From Vicugna vicugna (taxonomy: Eukaryota), in assembly GCA_013265495.1 (NCBI GenBank), contig MU058226.1, positions 1,016,741 to 1,080,740 on the forward strand: DNA of 64,000 nucleotides, written 5' to 3'. Positions within the stretch are counted from its first letter, which is position 1. Every line of letters starts with the position of its first letter. Both the position numbers and the translations under genes were made by a program. Under the pieces are notes generated by a model, which was not told the DNA's origin, searched no databases, and saw only the letters and a list, made by a program, of their open reading frames with translations. Of this stretch, positions 14,201 to 26,965 are shown piece by piece.

Positions 14201-14956
14201 CTTATGAGTGGAAAATATTGGAGAAGATACCAAGTATTAACAGAGTTTCAGTGATATGACCATCTGTCAATTCTCTAACTTCACAGAAGTTGAAAAAGGA
14301 TAGAATCTAGATCATCAAAATCCACAGAAAATACAAAAGATCGTTTTTGCTCAAAAATTACAAATTCTTTTATATTAGCCTCTGAGAACAATTTTCAGGG
14401 ATCCTTAGGACCTCAGGAAAGCTCTTCTCTCCTAGGCCTGTGGAGAGTCTGAGGGCCAAGAGACTGTCACAAGTGGGGAGGGAAAGGTGCTAAAGAGCTT
14501 CCCAGCCTTCTTAGAGTGGAAAGGAAAAAGCACCTCCTAGTTTTAAAATGCCAGGTGTAAACCCACTCTCTTTAGCTGCAACAGTGGGCTTCGCCTTGGG
14601 TATCCTGGACGCTCTTTCCTGGTGCTAATACCACTCCCAGATTTCCCTGGTGTTGCTCCAAATCAAGTGACATGGCCTCTGGAACAAGAAGTGGCGGGTC
14701 TATCACCATAGAGCGAGAGTTCACTTAAAAGAGGGAGAAGGGGCAGAAATCTTGCACTGAGTTCGCTCTGCCACTAGGTGACCCATGAAGAGCAGCTTAC
14801 CGCTCAGTAGGCTCATAAAGTTGACTGATTTTTTGTTGTCATTATTAGATCACTTTGCAAAATTGTAGAGTGTGATGCAGCAAAGAGTAAGATCTTTCAG
14901 ATAAAGGAAAACTGGGTTCAAATCCTGGCTCTGCCTCCTAATTGTTCAACCTTGAG

Positions 14957-15674
14957 TGTTGGAGCCAGCCGACAATCGATCAGGTCCATAAACCTGTGCT
15001 GCAGGACTGAGAAAAGAAAGACAAGACTAGAAGGTGGGGTTGAGAGGGTCTCACTCTAGCCCGCAAGACGCTAAGCCAAGAGTGGACCTCGAGTTTATTT
15101 CCAGCAGTTAATTTATATGCTTTTAACCCATAGGCAACGGTATCGTAGGCAACGGTATTGTTTTTATGATCTATTAACAATGTGTACTAAAATCATTAAC
15201 TTGTGTATTGTTACATACATCATTATTGTTTATAGTTCTCATCAATCAAGACTAACCGTTCCCCAAGAGCTAAAATCATTAAATAAGGTTATTGTTCCTC
15301 TAGGCTAACATCGTGACTTGTGTATTGGTAACTCAGGTGATTGTTACTAAGATCACTAACTTGTGTGACTTGTGTATTAGTAACTCAGGTGATTGTTACT
15401 AAGATCACTAACTTGTGTGACTTGTATCTCTCTTTCCAGAAGCCCCTGTTCTTAATAACTCAATGGCANNNNNNNNNNNNNNNNNNNNNNNNNNNNNNNN
15501 NNNNNNNNNNNNNNNNNNNNNNNNNNNNNNNNNNNNNNNNNNNNNNNNNNNNNNNNNNNNNNNNNCGGTACAGAGCTTTGCTCAGTCAGCCTTAGAGCCT
15601 GACGCCCCGCACTCTGGGAGTTTAGGCCCAGTTTCTGTGCTCGGCAGCCCTCAGGTCATGAGTGGCCCCCCGTG
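14957..15674 (-). mobile_element. ERV LTR inserted in a MIR, spanning an assembly gap
   Basis: 6-bp TSD CTTGAG at 14951-14956 and 15675-15680; MIR sequence resumes on both sides. Minus-strand AATAAA (~15094) and TATA-like (~15112) motifs; internal 52-bp tandem repeat. Confidence 0.7.
15469..15565. other. Assembly gap (N run)
   Basis: Run of N bases. Confidence 1.
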
Positions 15675-17665
15675 CTTGAGTAAATCACATAATTTCTCCA
15701 AGCTCAGTTTTATTGCAGTAAAATAGGGATAATAAATTATGAGTATATTGAGAAAAATGGAAGCACTGAGCACACCAGTGCCAGCATGCAAGGCATGCTC
15801 AATAAGGTTCTTTATTATTATTCCACAAGTTATTGACCTCAAAGAACAGATCTGTGGGTGAGAGTCCTGGTCTAAAAAAAAAAGTTTTCCTTTGCCAAAT
15901 AAGTGATGCTTGAAAAAAAAAAAGCCCATAATGTAATACTTCATTGTAAAAAAAAGTTTTGGTGGAGGGTGGGAGTACAGCTCATTGGTACAGCCTGTGC
16001 TTAACATGCATGAGGTCCTCGGTTCAGTTCTCCACTACCTCCATTAAAAAAAGAAGAAGAAAGAAAGAAAAGAAAAAGTTTTGGAAGAAAAACTTAGGAC
16101 CAATTTTGCCCAGGGTTCCAAGATATGGATTCAAAGAAACATATAGATTGATTAAAGTTTTCTTTTAGGAAAATAACTTTTTATCCACATTTTGCTCAGT
16201 GTAATAAACTTTGTTTTAATCTAACCAATATAGTTTCTCCATTCTTCCAGAAAATGCCGTTTCACTCTCTACTGTGTTTCAAATAAAAACATCCATCTCT
16301 TTAGCAGTCTCCTGAGCAACGCCATCCCCATCCCCAACTACAGTTGATGAAACTAGTCTGAGTGTAGCTAAGGTGTGCTGTGGCAGAGTTGTCCACCAAA
16401 TATTTTGGATTTTCCCCTTTCTAGGCTTCTGGTGGGATTGCACTTTCTGGTCTTACTGTTGTGTGTTTTGGGGGGGTGCCAAGTTAGTGCTGGCCAATGG
16501 GTTATTAGCAGAAGAAGATCTCTCCTGTACTGGGCATTAATTGTGGATGCAGGATCCTCCACAGCTCTCTCCCCATTGGCATAGCCAGTCGCCTGAGTTG
16601 AAGATGGTGGCTGTTCTGTAAGCCTGGATCTCCAAGTGACCACAATGAACGGAGCCACCCTCACTAATCTGCAGTAGACAGATAGCATGGGAAAGAAGGA
16701 AAATGTTTTGTTTTAAGCCATTGGGATATGTGAGTTGTTTGTTACTGCAGCATAATATATTCTATCCTGATACACTGATAGACTAGGATCTTTGATTCCT
16801 AGATCAGCTCCTAAACTGAGGATCGCTTGCTGCTAGCTTACTCTTCAGCTGGTGTCTCAGCTCTCCACAGCAGAGATATGCTCATATTCAGACCCTTGTT
16901 TCAGGGTTCTTTCTTGAAATTTTCTGCTTCTGGACCAGAAAGAGTGACCCTTTCTTTCTTTGCTGGCAAAGATGAGAGTTAAGAACTTAAGATAGAGGTG
17001 GCTATGATTACAGCTTAGATAAGTAAGTTTGCAAAAATTGAAACAATACAGAGAAAAGAGGAGATAAAAGAAGAGGAGTCTTAATTGCATTTGAGTCCTT
17101 GGTTCTAGTAATACCTGAGGTTCAGTTGCATCCCAGCTTTTCCTTTAATTTGTTAAATAGGACAATAAACCCCTATTTTGACAGGCTTGAGTTAGGTTTT
17201 GCCATTTTCAGCCAAAAAGAGACCTGATTAATATACCCAGATTTAACATTCCTAGTAGTCATATGGTATTTTTATTTGCCTGGATAGTAAAGCTCAATTC
17301 AAACCAATGGCCTTCTTGGCCATTTTCAGCTTTGTGTCCAGTAATGTTTCCTTGACACCCCAAATTCTCTAGGGAATTCTGGAGGGTAATGTGAAATCCT
17401 GTAGCAACACTGATGTTTCTATGTTGTGCAGGTAGAGAATTCTCAGGTCCCTAGTGCCTGGGGATTTTAGAAGTGAAGTACTGTAGTGTGCCTTCACAAG
17501 TAACTTTTACCATTATAATCCAGGATCGAAAGCTGTTGTTGCACTCAGAATTGTGTTTAGAGTACAGTAGTTAATTTTTCTATAACAGTGCAAAAGGCAG
17601 TAATAGAGCAAGCTACCCCAAGGTTCATACCTAGTTTAGACAAGACAGTAAAAGGGTTTACCTAC

Positions 17666-18173
17666 CTTGTAAGCCCTGGCATCTTCCTCGTTCTGCAGCA
17701 CCGAGTGGCATTTGTGCTCTGTGAGGTCTTTGCAAAGTGCACACAAGAATTGCTGGTCCTGGTCATAGAAAAAGGTCCTTTCCTTGTGCTGCTCACAGAA
17801 CCAGACTTCCTGTGCTGGATTCTCACTCCCTGGGCTCCAGTGTTAGGAGGCTGGGGACCAAACTGGCCGGAATCCAGTTGGGCCCGAGGTCCCCTCTTGA
17901 AATGGCTGCTTGCAGAAGGGACAGCACAGGGCTTCCTCGGTGGATCTGAAATTGACGCGGCACCTGGTGACGCAGGCCTGGCAGGAGCTGTGGCCACAGA
18001 AGAGGCTCACAGGGTCCGACACGTGCTCCAGGCAGACCCTGCAGGTCACCTCTCCCAGGAGGTCCCCCACAGTGGGCCCACTTGCCGTGACCGCCGTCCA
18101 CTGTGTGCTCAGCATTTCCTTCTCAACAGTGACTCTGGCAGGAGGAGGATGCCGAGAGGAATGTGAACAGTAC
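17666..18173 (-). pseudogene. Decayed TRIM RING/B-box exon (TRIM10/15/26/39-like)
   Basis: RING EVTCRVCLEHVSDPVSLFCGHSSCQAC...CPFC; B-box CEQHKERTFFYDQDQQFLCALCKDLTEHKCHSV...AYK|GTAGG. In-frame TAA at 17845-17843; the PNWIPASLV linker lies in another frame. Acceptor ...cccacctcag at 18174. Confidence 0.85.
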
Positions 18174-21100
18174 CTGAGGTGGGAAGAGGAGGGTTTGGGA
18201 TGGAGAGGGGTCATCTCGGCCACTGGTGTGGGGCCTCCCCAGGAGCATCTAGTCCCCACACACACTCTCCTCCTCTCCAGTCTCTTCCACGTGCGGATGG
18301 AGGGGAGTGTTTCAGAATGGAAGTTCACCTGTGCTTCTCTGTTTCCAGCAAAAGGGGAGGAGGACTCTCAGGGCCCAGCCTCTCTCCTCAGCCTCCCCTC
18401 TCTGTCCCATCTTGTTCCCCTCCTGCCACCAGAGCAAACAGGGTTGAGCATCAGCTATGTGCCCGGCACTGTTCTGAGCACCTCATAGGTTTCAGCTCAG
18501 CCAGTCCTCACCTTGTCTCTAAAGTCCTCACCCATTTTACAGATGAGGAAAGTGAAGGGCACTGGGGTTAGTCACCTGCCGGGGTCACACAGCTAAGTGG
18601 GTGGGAGAGGAGATGCCGGGTCCAGGCTGTCTAGGTGGAGCCCGCACCCTTCAGCACCATGTCCAGCTGCCTCCAGCCTCCCTGGACCTGGTCAGTCCCA
18701 CGAACCCCCCACACTGTCCAATATACATACAGGACTTCTCATCAGTGGTTTCCCTCCATATAGACCACACCTGCCCTGTCAACTCCTGTTCATCCTAAGG
18801 GCTCAGTTTCAATGGCACCTCCTCAGGGAGGACGTCCTGAGCTGCTCTCAGACTAGGGTGGGCGCCCATGCTCTACACTCCAGATGCCTGTCTTTCCACT
18901 TGATTATTTAGTGTCTAAACACGTAGGGCATATTTGACTTTCTCATTAAAGCATCCCCAGTTCCTGGCAGATACTGAACCGAAATAAGTATCATTTGAGT
19001 TAATAAATTAATATACCTCCTCCAAGTGTCATTAGGGAGAACATGTTTCTGGTAATGGCAGGCTAGGACACGGGGACTACCTGACCTGAAAACAGACATA
19101 TATTTTGATGCAGTGTACCTTACTTATGACTACAGTGATTTAAAAATATTTGGGGGCTGTTATATGAAGAATTATACTTACTCTGACCAAAGAGGTCAGA
19201 AATTAGTCACTTTTTGTAAAAGCTTCTGGGAGACAGAATTCAGTTCAGTATCAAGGATTTAAAAAAAAGAAAAACAGTATAGGAATGAGCTTTGTTGGTG
19301 GATAGTTCTCTGTCACTGAAGGTATTCAACCACTCACTCTTTTTTGGGAGGTGGGGAGAGGTTTATTTATTTATTTTTAATAGAAATACTAGGGATTGAA
19401 CCCAGGACCTGACACATGCTACATATGCACTCTACCACTGAGCTGTAGCCTTCCCCCTGCCCTGTGACCGCTCTCTCTTGATGTTGTGTACGTGTTGTGT
19501 ACGAGAAATGTGATGTGCTGGGAGGATCAACCACCTGATCTCTGAGGCCCCTTCCTTGCTCAACTTGTCATAGTAGAGCGAGCGCTGGGCTGGGTGTCAG
19601 AGGACCTGGCTTCCACTAGCTGTGTGATCTTGCTTTGGGCACTCTTGAGTCTCTTAATGTTTTTTTTTGTTTGTTTGTTTTGTTTTTGTTTTTTTTGGTT
19701 AACCTAGTATAGTAATATCTGATCACTTCACAGAATTAGAAGTGGGTTATATTGAATAATACATGTAAATCCTTGTTTTGTTGTGTTTTTTGCTCTTTCC
19801 TTTGCATTATGAAAACCTATGGCAACTCTTTTTCCATCTCTAATTATTTTTAATTGTACAACATCATTATACCAACAACAATAAAAGGATTTTTTAAATG
19901 GAAAAGGAACAAACTCACCTGCAATCCTACTTACTTTTCTCTACTCTCTTCCAATGTGACCAAGGGTGGCTTTGGGTACCCACACGGGGAACTGTTTTAA
20001 TTAAGAATATGAGAAGCCCCACCAGTTCCTTGAGCTTTTAGCCGCCCCCAATAGATCCATGTGATATAATAAGAAAAGCATTAGAGGAAAGACCGAAAAT
20101 GAATGGAAATTGTTTGTCTCCTTTCTCCAGCCCATTGAACAATATAAATTGTTCCCTCCCTTTCCCTCTGTTGTTCTGACTCTTCAGGTACTATGTGTAG
20201 ACATGTGAGTGAGTTCCAACTCAGTCCTGTCTGCCCCTTTCCCTTGAAAAATCATACCAAGAGGATTCATCCTGAACACAACACATGGTGAAGAAGGAAG
20301 GGAGGGTGAGAGAAATAGACTGGCTTTTGTCTGAGATCCTCCAAGTGTTGCAACACAGAGAGGTTACCTTGGAGAGATGGGGCAACTCCAGAAAAGAGAA
20401 GAGAAACAGTTGTACCCACTGTAATGTTCAACCTTCCCCTAAGGAGCTGAAATAGACAATGTTCCATGTCTACGCTCCCTTCCTAGAGTTTTAGACAAGG
20501 GTCCAGGTAAGTAATTGGTGTTGATCTGTGTTCATTGTGAACCTTGGGATCAGGTCAGCCAGGGCACACACTCCCCTCACCAGCCCCAGCCTCTTGGACT
20601 CCCTGACCACCCTCCTGACCTCTGTCAAGCAGGGTGGGACAGCAGGATGAGGAGTGGGTTCTGGGAGTCAGGACTCCCTGAAAGGACGGGAGAGACTCCC
20701 CTGTGGGGATGGAGGGTGCCCTCTGTCTGCCCCCTTCGGGAGGACAGTCTGGCTTCACTTTCTTGTGTTGACTCCCATCCCGACTGTACCGCCTAAAATT
20801 AGTTTCTTTTCCCCCACAGGCTATGAGGAAATGATTCCTTTCCTAACTAGTTTTGTCTAGTACATGGTGATTCTATGGAGTCAGCCACTCAGGAAACCCT
20901 CCCCCCACCCCTGCCAACACCTCTCCCCAGTTGGAATTGCTTAGTATTTTTATGAATTCTGCTCACACACGTGCAGCCCTATAGCAGAACAAGTGGTGGC
21001 AATCAAAGCAAAGAAAGGATTTGGCTTCATGAATAAATTGGCAAGGAAGAAGTACAGTTACAGAGATGCCCAGGTGGACTTCCTTACAGCAGAGTGCATT

Positions 21101-24100
21101 CCACCTCATAGTATTAATTACGAAGATTAAGTGAGTTCACACATGAAAAGCATACAGACAATAAAGTATAAATACCACCTGTCATCTCTTGAGTACCCCC
21201 ATCTCCCTGGCAGTTACACGTTGTATTGTCTTTCTACATTTCTGCCATCCCCCTACCCCAAGAAAATGAATATAAAAAGTTTGATAAAATTTCCTAGTGC
21301 TTTTGCTTCCTAGTACTGCAGTGGCCTCAAATCTTCCCAGTTTCATGATTCCAGTTCTAACCTCCTTGGATGTATTATTTATTTTTCTGTGATTTTTAAA
21401 AAATGTATGGCAGTGACTTAAAAGTTTATTGAGGCAAATATTTAGTTTTTATTTCATTCAAACATTTTACTGCATATCCTGAAATCATTGAATACAGTGA
21501 CATATAGTTCCAAATTAAATCATCCAGAAAGTCTTTTAAAAGTTTGGCTGAGACCCTGAACTTTCTTTGTGGCATGCGCTGGCACCATCTGTACCATTGT
21601 GTAACTCACGTTGCAACCATCTTTCTTGGGCACTGATGAGTGTGTTGAGTTCCTCAAATCAACAAAAACCCATCAATTTACAAATCTTAAACTTAATATT
21701 AAAGTAATTCATCAAGACATTTTTGTGATATGGTTGAATCTTTATTAGTAATGATTTACTGCTTAGATTTATAAGTTTTCCTGAATACCTCATTATGGTA
21801 GATATGTATGGTTTTGCAACCAGCAGAACCATTATTAAGGCTGCAATGATATGCACTGCTTAGTCTTTTTAAAACCCTACAGTTAGTGTGTAAAATGCTC
21901 CTTTTAACTCCCCAGGATATAGTACTGACTTCTGATGGCACTTTTTCAACGTTTTGTTGATTTTATGAAAATAAAATTTATTTCAGGAGTTTTTATTATT
22001 TCAAATACTTTGTTGTGTGATTCTAATTCATAATGTTTTTTAAATTCTTGACCATTGCTAATTGTTTTCTTTGAATCCTAAGCACTGACAGAATATGCTG
22101 GTACTTTCAACTTTCACACAGCTTTTGAGCATCATTTGTATCCGATATTTACATCGCTAGCAATTATAAGCCACTGGTGAGTTCTGTCAAAATTATCAGT
22201 TTTTTAAGTGTTAGAAAAGCACATTATTACTTACTTTGAACTGAATCTTACACAATATTAAAGGCATTGCCATTTGTCATAGTTTTTGTACAGTATCACA
22301 TGTTCAGACCATGATTCTTTACTCACGTCATTGCTTCCTTGTTCCCTCAGATCCAGGAGATGAATGTTTATAATATTTAAAAGCAGTGTTAAAAATGTAT
22401 CCAAACCTCCTTATTTCATTCTGTTTGTTCTTCATATTCTAAGTTCTTGAATTTATAGATATGCAAACACTGTACAACTATTACTTCCACGAGAATAACA
22501 GCACACTAACAATAAGAACAAAGGAAAAGGCAAACAAGTATACTATTTAGAAGTTCTAGCAATATGAGGATTTGACAGAGATAATTTTTGTAAATGTCAG
22601 AATGAAGAATGTACACCCCAGCCACAAAGCTTGTCCTGATGTGGCTAAGCTGGCAGGTGGTGCCACAGATGCATCTCCTGCAATGAGAGGAACACATCTA
22701 TTGACAGTCACTGTGATAGCCTAGACACTGCTAACGAGTACTTGTTAGGATTTATAGCACTTAATCTAACTGCTTATCAGTTGCTATTCTGTTTTCTTGA
22801 ACAGTCAGTATGGCTTACTAACATACTGGTTGAATACCAATGTGGAGCAGAATACCGTAGAGGGCTATATGAATGTTAGTTGATGTACTACTGTGTCTTA
22901 ACAAGTATTGAGCTGGTTAGGTTTGGGAGGCAGGTGGGGAACATCTAGAAATTACAGTAATAAGGGGCCTCAGGAGACAGGATTTTTGCTTCTAACACAT
23001 GACTCCTGTGGAGTTAGGCAGTAAAGGTGGTCTGTTTTTTCCTAATTTTTTTCAGCTGAATGAACAAAGGTAGCTAGACTGAGTTTGAATTAAAAAAAGA
23101 GATCGCCTTTACTTTATTTCTAAAGTCAGAAGAGGTGGCCTGGGTATTGGTGGTTATGCTATAATCTGCAGCTAGATATTATTAAGTACTTAGTGCAAGG
23201 GTGAGACTTAACCATAATTCTCTGCGAGTTATTTCACACTTAAGAAACAGGATGTTATTAGGGAGGGAGGCATTTCACACAGGATGTGGTTAGGGAGGAG
23301 GCCCAAGCAAACAATCTTGTTTTTTTTTCTTTTTTTGTCCTGCCTTAAAATATAAATCTTACTTCATCATATAGTATATTCATACAATAGAATATTGGTA
23401 ATTTTGTTCCTTCTACTCCCCTGGCTTTAGCTACAAGTTGTAAATTGTGTTGGACTGGGTCCCCCTGAATGACCTTGCACTTGATAATAAGAATTGGAGT
23501 GATGAGGGTTCTCCTCCTGTTGCGGTTTCAGGGCATCCCCAAGGCCATTCTTGCCAGTGAGTATGGCCCTTAGGATTGGGTGGGGTAGGGGTGTGATGAT
23601 TTAGGGGAGGCAGGGTTAGGGAAATTAGAGAAACAGAAGGTGGGGTAAGTCCTGACTTCTGAGCCCTACTACCCTCCTACCTTACTCTTTGTCACTCAAG
23701 AAGCCTCATTTTCACTCTCAGGGCCTCAATTTTCTCACATTGAGACAATGCTCCTTTTTTCCAGGGTATCTGTAAATTAGATAGGATTATATGTGTCAGG
23801 CCACATGGCACCTGGTAGGGCCCTGGTGCACATTAATGTTTTTCCTTAAAAAGCAGTTTGCATAATGAAAATTTTGCTTATTTTCCTGAGAGACATTTGC
23901 CTTGGTGGTCAGACAGGTTACCCCCACCCCTCACTGCTGCCCCCAGCACATACACACACACTAGATATGGTAGCAGACACTGGAGCAGAAGCCAGATCTC
24001 TGGCTGTTAAACTAAGAATTCTCCCCCAAAGACCTCTTCTCCATATACATGATTTTGGGCATGTAAAGCTCTTAGAACAAAGCCTGACACCCATTGAGAA

Positions 24101-25599
24101 CTCAGTGATTGTGAGCCTTCTAAATAGTCCAAGGCCAAGAGGTTAACATGAGTTTTGTGCCCTCTCATAGGTTGTCCCTTGAAGCTGGAAGGCTTCACCC
24201 CAGCCACCCTCTAGAGCTAATTTGTCTGTTCATTCTAAACATCCCAGCTCAACTTGTTCTCTTTAGGGAGCTCCCCTGTCACCAGACACCACTTCAACCT
24301 CAGCTGGAATGGGGACTACCCCCTCCTGGCCACCATGGCTTCCTTAAGGGCCAGGCTGCTTGTCTGGCTCTCAGCAACCACAAGGAGAAGTCTTTGAAAT
24401 TCTTGAGGCAACAAGGGATCATTTTTCAGGCCTGAATCTTGCTTAAAGTATGTTCTCTGTCCATGGAAATATGGGTACCCCTCAAAGGAGGGCTAGGAAC
24501 TTTGCATCTGTGATCAAGATTCTTCAGAGACGGTTCTGCTTCATTTGCCTTTCCTCCTGGTGTTTTTCCTTCCCTGGTTTCTCCACAGAGCAGGCCAAAA
24601 TGAGCCAGCCATGCTGGCCTGCTCCTGTCAGGGTACACTTTCAACCACCCAGATGTGAGCAAAAGAGAAGCCAAACGGAGATGGAAACAGGATGTCTTTT
24701 GTTTTTATTTTTTATAATCTTTTTCTTGGCTCTGCTTCTTCGTCCCAAGCTACACTATCCTTCCCCATCCCCAACATTCACTTTGGGGGTCTGAAACTGG
24801 CTCCCTTGAATCCGGAACCAGGGAGAAGAGCTTCCCCCGCCCCGCCCCGCTGTGACTCTGTGACCCGTGACCCAACTGACCCAACGGTTCTTTCACTTCC
24901 CTCCCAAGTTCCTCATTCCCCTGATGAATTTTTTTTTTTGGCGGGGTGGGGGTGGGGGCCTGACTGGGGGTTGAACCCAGGACCTCATGTATGTATGCTA
25001 AGCACACACTCTACCACTGAATTATACCCTCCCCCGACTCTGCTGAACTTCAAATTGGACATTTTATTTTCTCCCCAGTTTTTCAGATAAAATTGACATA
25101 TAACATTATATTAAAGGTGTACAGCATAGTGATTTGATATATGTATATTCTGTGCAGTGATTACCAATATGACTGATTAATTGGACGTTTTAATCAGTGG
25201 AAGGTAGTGCATTCCATAAAACTTGGGAGTTGGAGGGGAAAAAAAATCACCCCAAATCAGAACATTAAACCGCCTTATTTTTGTGTATTTATGCCGGTTT
25301 TCCTCCTAAATACGAAATGTTTTGTTTTGGTTTTTAACTTCTCTGTGGTTTTCCATGTTACAGATTAACATTGTTCTCATTTGGGTAAGGAAGAAACCAG
25401 GCCTCCTAAACTGAGAGACCCGCCCAGGATCATAAACCGAGTAAGGGGGTAGGTCCGTCCGGACCAGACCGGGGCTACTGGCTGGCTTGGTGTGGCACTG
25501 GCTGTGCGGCAGCCTGAGCGTTATCTAATTCTAATTCACCGGAAACCAACTCCAGTGGGCCTTCTCCAAACAGCATTTATGGAGCTTTTATCTCCGACA

Positions 25600-25774
25600 C
25601 ACAGATGGTGCTCTAGTGCCCCGCCCCAACGCTTTCCCGCTCGGCCTTTCGGTTTCTTCTAAGGCCCCTCCTCTCTTCCGTAAAGAGCAGAAGTGGAGCT
25701 GGCTCTCCTGGTTCTGGGTCCCCGGTCCCGGTTGTGCCCGGGGGTCCTGGGGCCAATCGGTAACAGCCGGCGGC
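25600..25774 (+). promoter_or_regulatory. GC-rich promoter of the class I-like gene
   Basis: GC box CCCCGCCCC 25619-25627, IRF/ISRE-like CTTTCGGTTTC 25646-25656, CCAAT 25753-25757; local CpG enrichment. Confidence 0.55.
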
Positions 25775-25835
25775 ATGATGTGGGCGCTTGCTCTCTTGCA
25801 CCCCTTCCTGAGCCTCCTGCCGGAGACCCGCGCCC
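25775..25835 (+). CDS. Class I-like gene exon 1 (signal peptide MMWALALLHPFLSLLPETRA)
   Basis: Hydrophobic leader ending in class I-like ETRA; phase-1 donor C|GTGAGT at 25836; splices in frame to the alpha1 exon. Confidence 0.75.
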
Positions 25836-26491
25836 GTGAGTGGGGAACTGGGGGCGGCGGGCGGCGAGGGGTTGCAGGGGAAACCCAAACCGACGGAGAA
25901 GACTCCAAAATGGAACTTCAGAGCGTCTCTAAGCTCAAGGGGTGGCTTTCCAGAATCTTGGTGCAGGCTTACTATTGCGCAGACTCTGTCAAAGAAGGAC
26001 ATATAGTGCGAACAAAAAGAAAGCCTGCAGATCTCCGACCGAGGTCGGAAGTCTTGAGTTCCTGTCCTCCTGCTGTGCTCAAACTAGATGTTTTGTAAAA
26101 GCCACTTAGAAAAGAGAGGCTTGTTGAATACATAGAAGGGCAAAGCCATAGCCAGATCAAGTCTGGGGTCGATGGTGTCCAAGGTTTTAAATCATCTTTC
26201 TTTCTTTATAAAATATATAGATGTTCCACTGTACCAATACATTATGCACATTATAAAATATTTACAAAGACAGAAATCCAAAAAGATGAGATAAAATAAG
26301 ATATTTTAAATACTGTTTTTTATTTATTAAAAGTATAAAAATATTTTTGCCCTTACAAAATTAATTATAATATTCAATTGAGAGCAATGTGACCGATTAT
26401 GCTTAATTATTTTTGAAAATTATTCTTTAACAGTTTGTGATATAGTCATTTGTTGGTCTGGTTCTTTTTGTCCCTAATTCAAAAAATTTTT

Positions 26492-26965
26492 TTAAACTGA
26501 AGTACAGTCAATTACAATGTATCAATCTCTGGTGTACAGCACAGTGTCCCAGTAATGCATATACATACATATATTCATTTTCACATTTTTTTCATTAAAG
26601 ATAATTACAAGATATTGAACATAGTTCCCTGTGCTATACAGAAGAAACCTTTTTTTAAATCTTTTTTTATATATAGTGGGTAACATTTGTAAATCTCAAA
26701 CTCCCAAATTTATCCCCTCCCACCCCCTAAGTCTGCGAGTCTGTTTCTGTTTTGTAGATGAGTTTATAGGGTGCTTTTTTTTTTTTTTTAGATTCCACAT
26801 ATGAGTTATATCATGTGGTATTTTTTCTTCCTCTTTCTGACTTACTTCACTTAGAATGATGGTCTCTAAGTCCATCCATGTTGCTGCAAAGGCATTATTT
26901 TATTCTTTTTATGGCAGAGTAGTATTCCATTGTATAAATATACCACAACCTCTTTATCCAGTGTT
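26492..26965 (-). mobile_element. L1 3'-end fragment; similar fragments at 28385-28803(+), 29725-30225(-), 49060-49350(-), 49765-50400(+)
   Basis: L1 ORF2 C-terminal and 3'UTR motifs (CCATCCATGTTGCTGCAAA, ATAGTTCCCTGTGCTATACAG) with A-tails. Confidence 0.85.

Noticed and set aside
15313..15430. Repeat array superficially CRISPR-like
   Set aside because: Head-to-tail units without unique spacers, inside a mammalian LTR.
17588..18488. Two 192-aa plus-strand ORFs
   Set aside because: Antisense shadows of the TRIM pseudo-exon.
21140..22720. AT-rich stretch resembling a decayed DNA-transposon coding region
   Set aside because: Could not identify termini, TSD or a diagnostic peptide by eye; left unannotated.
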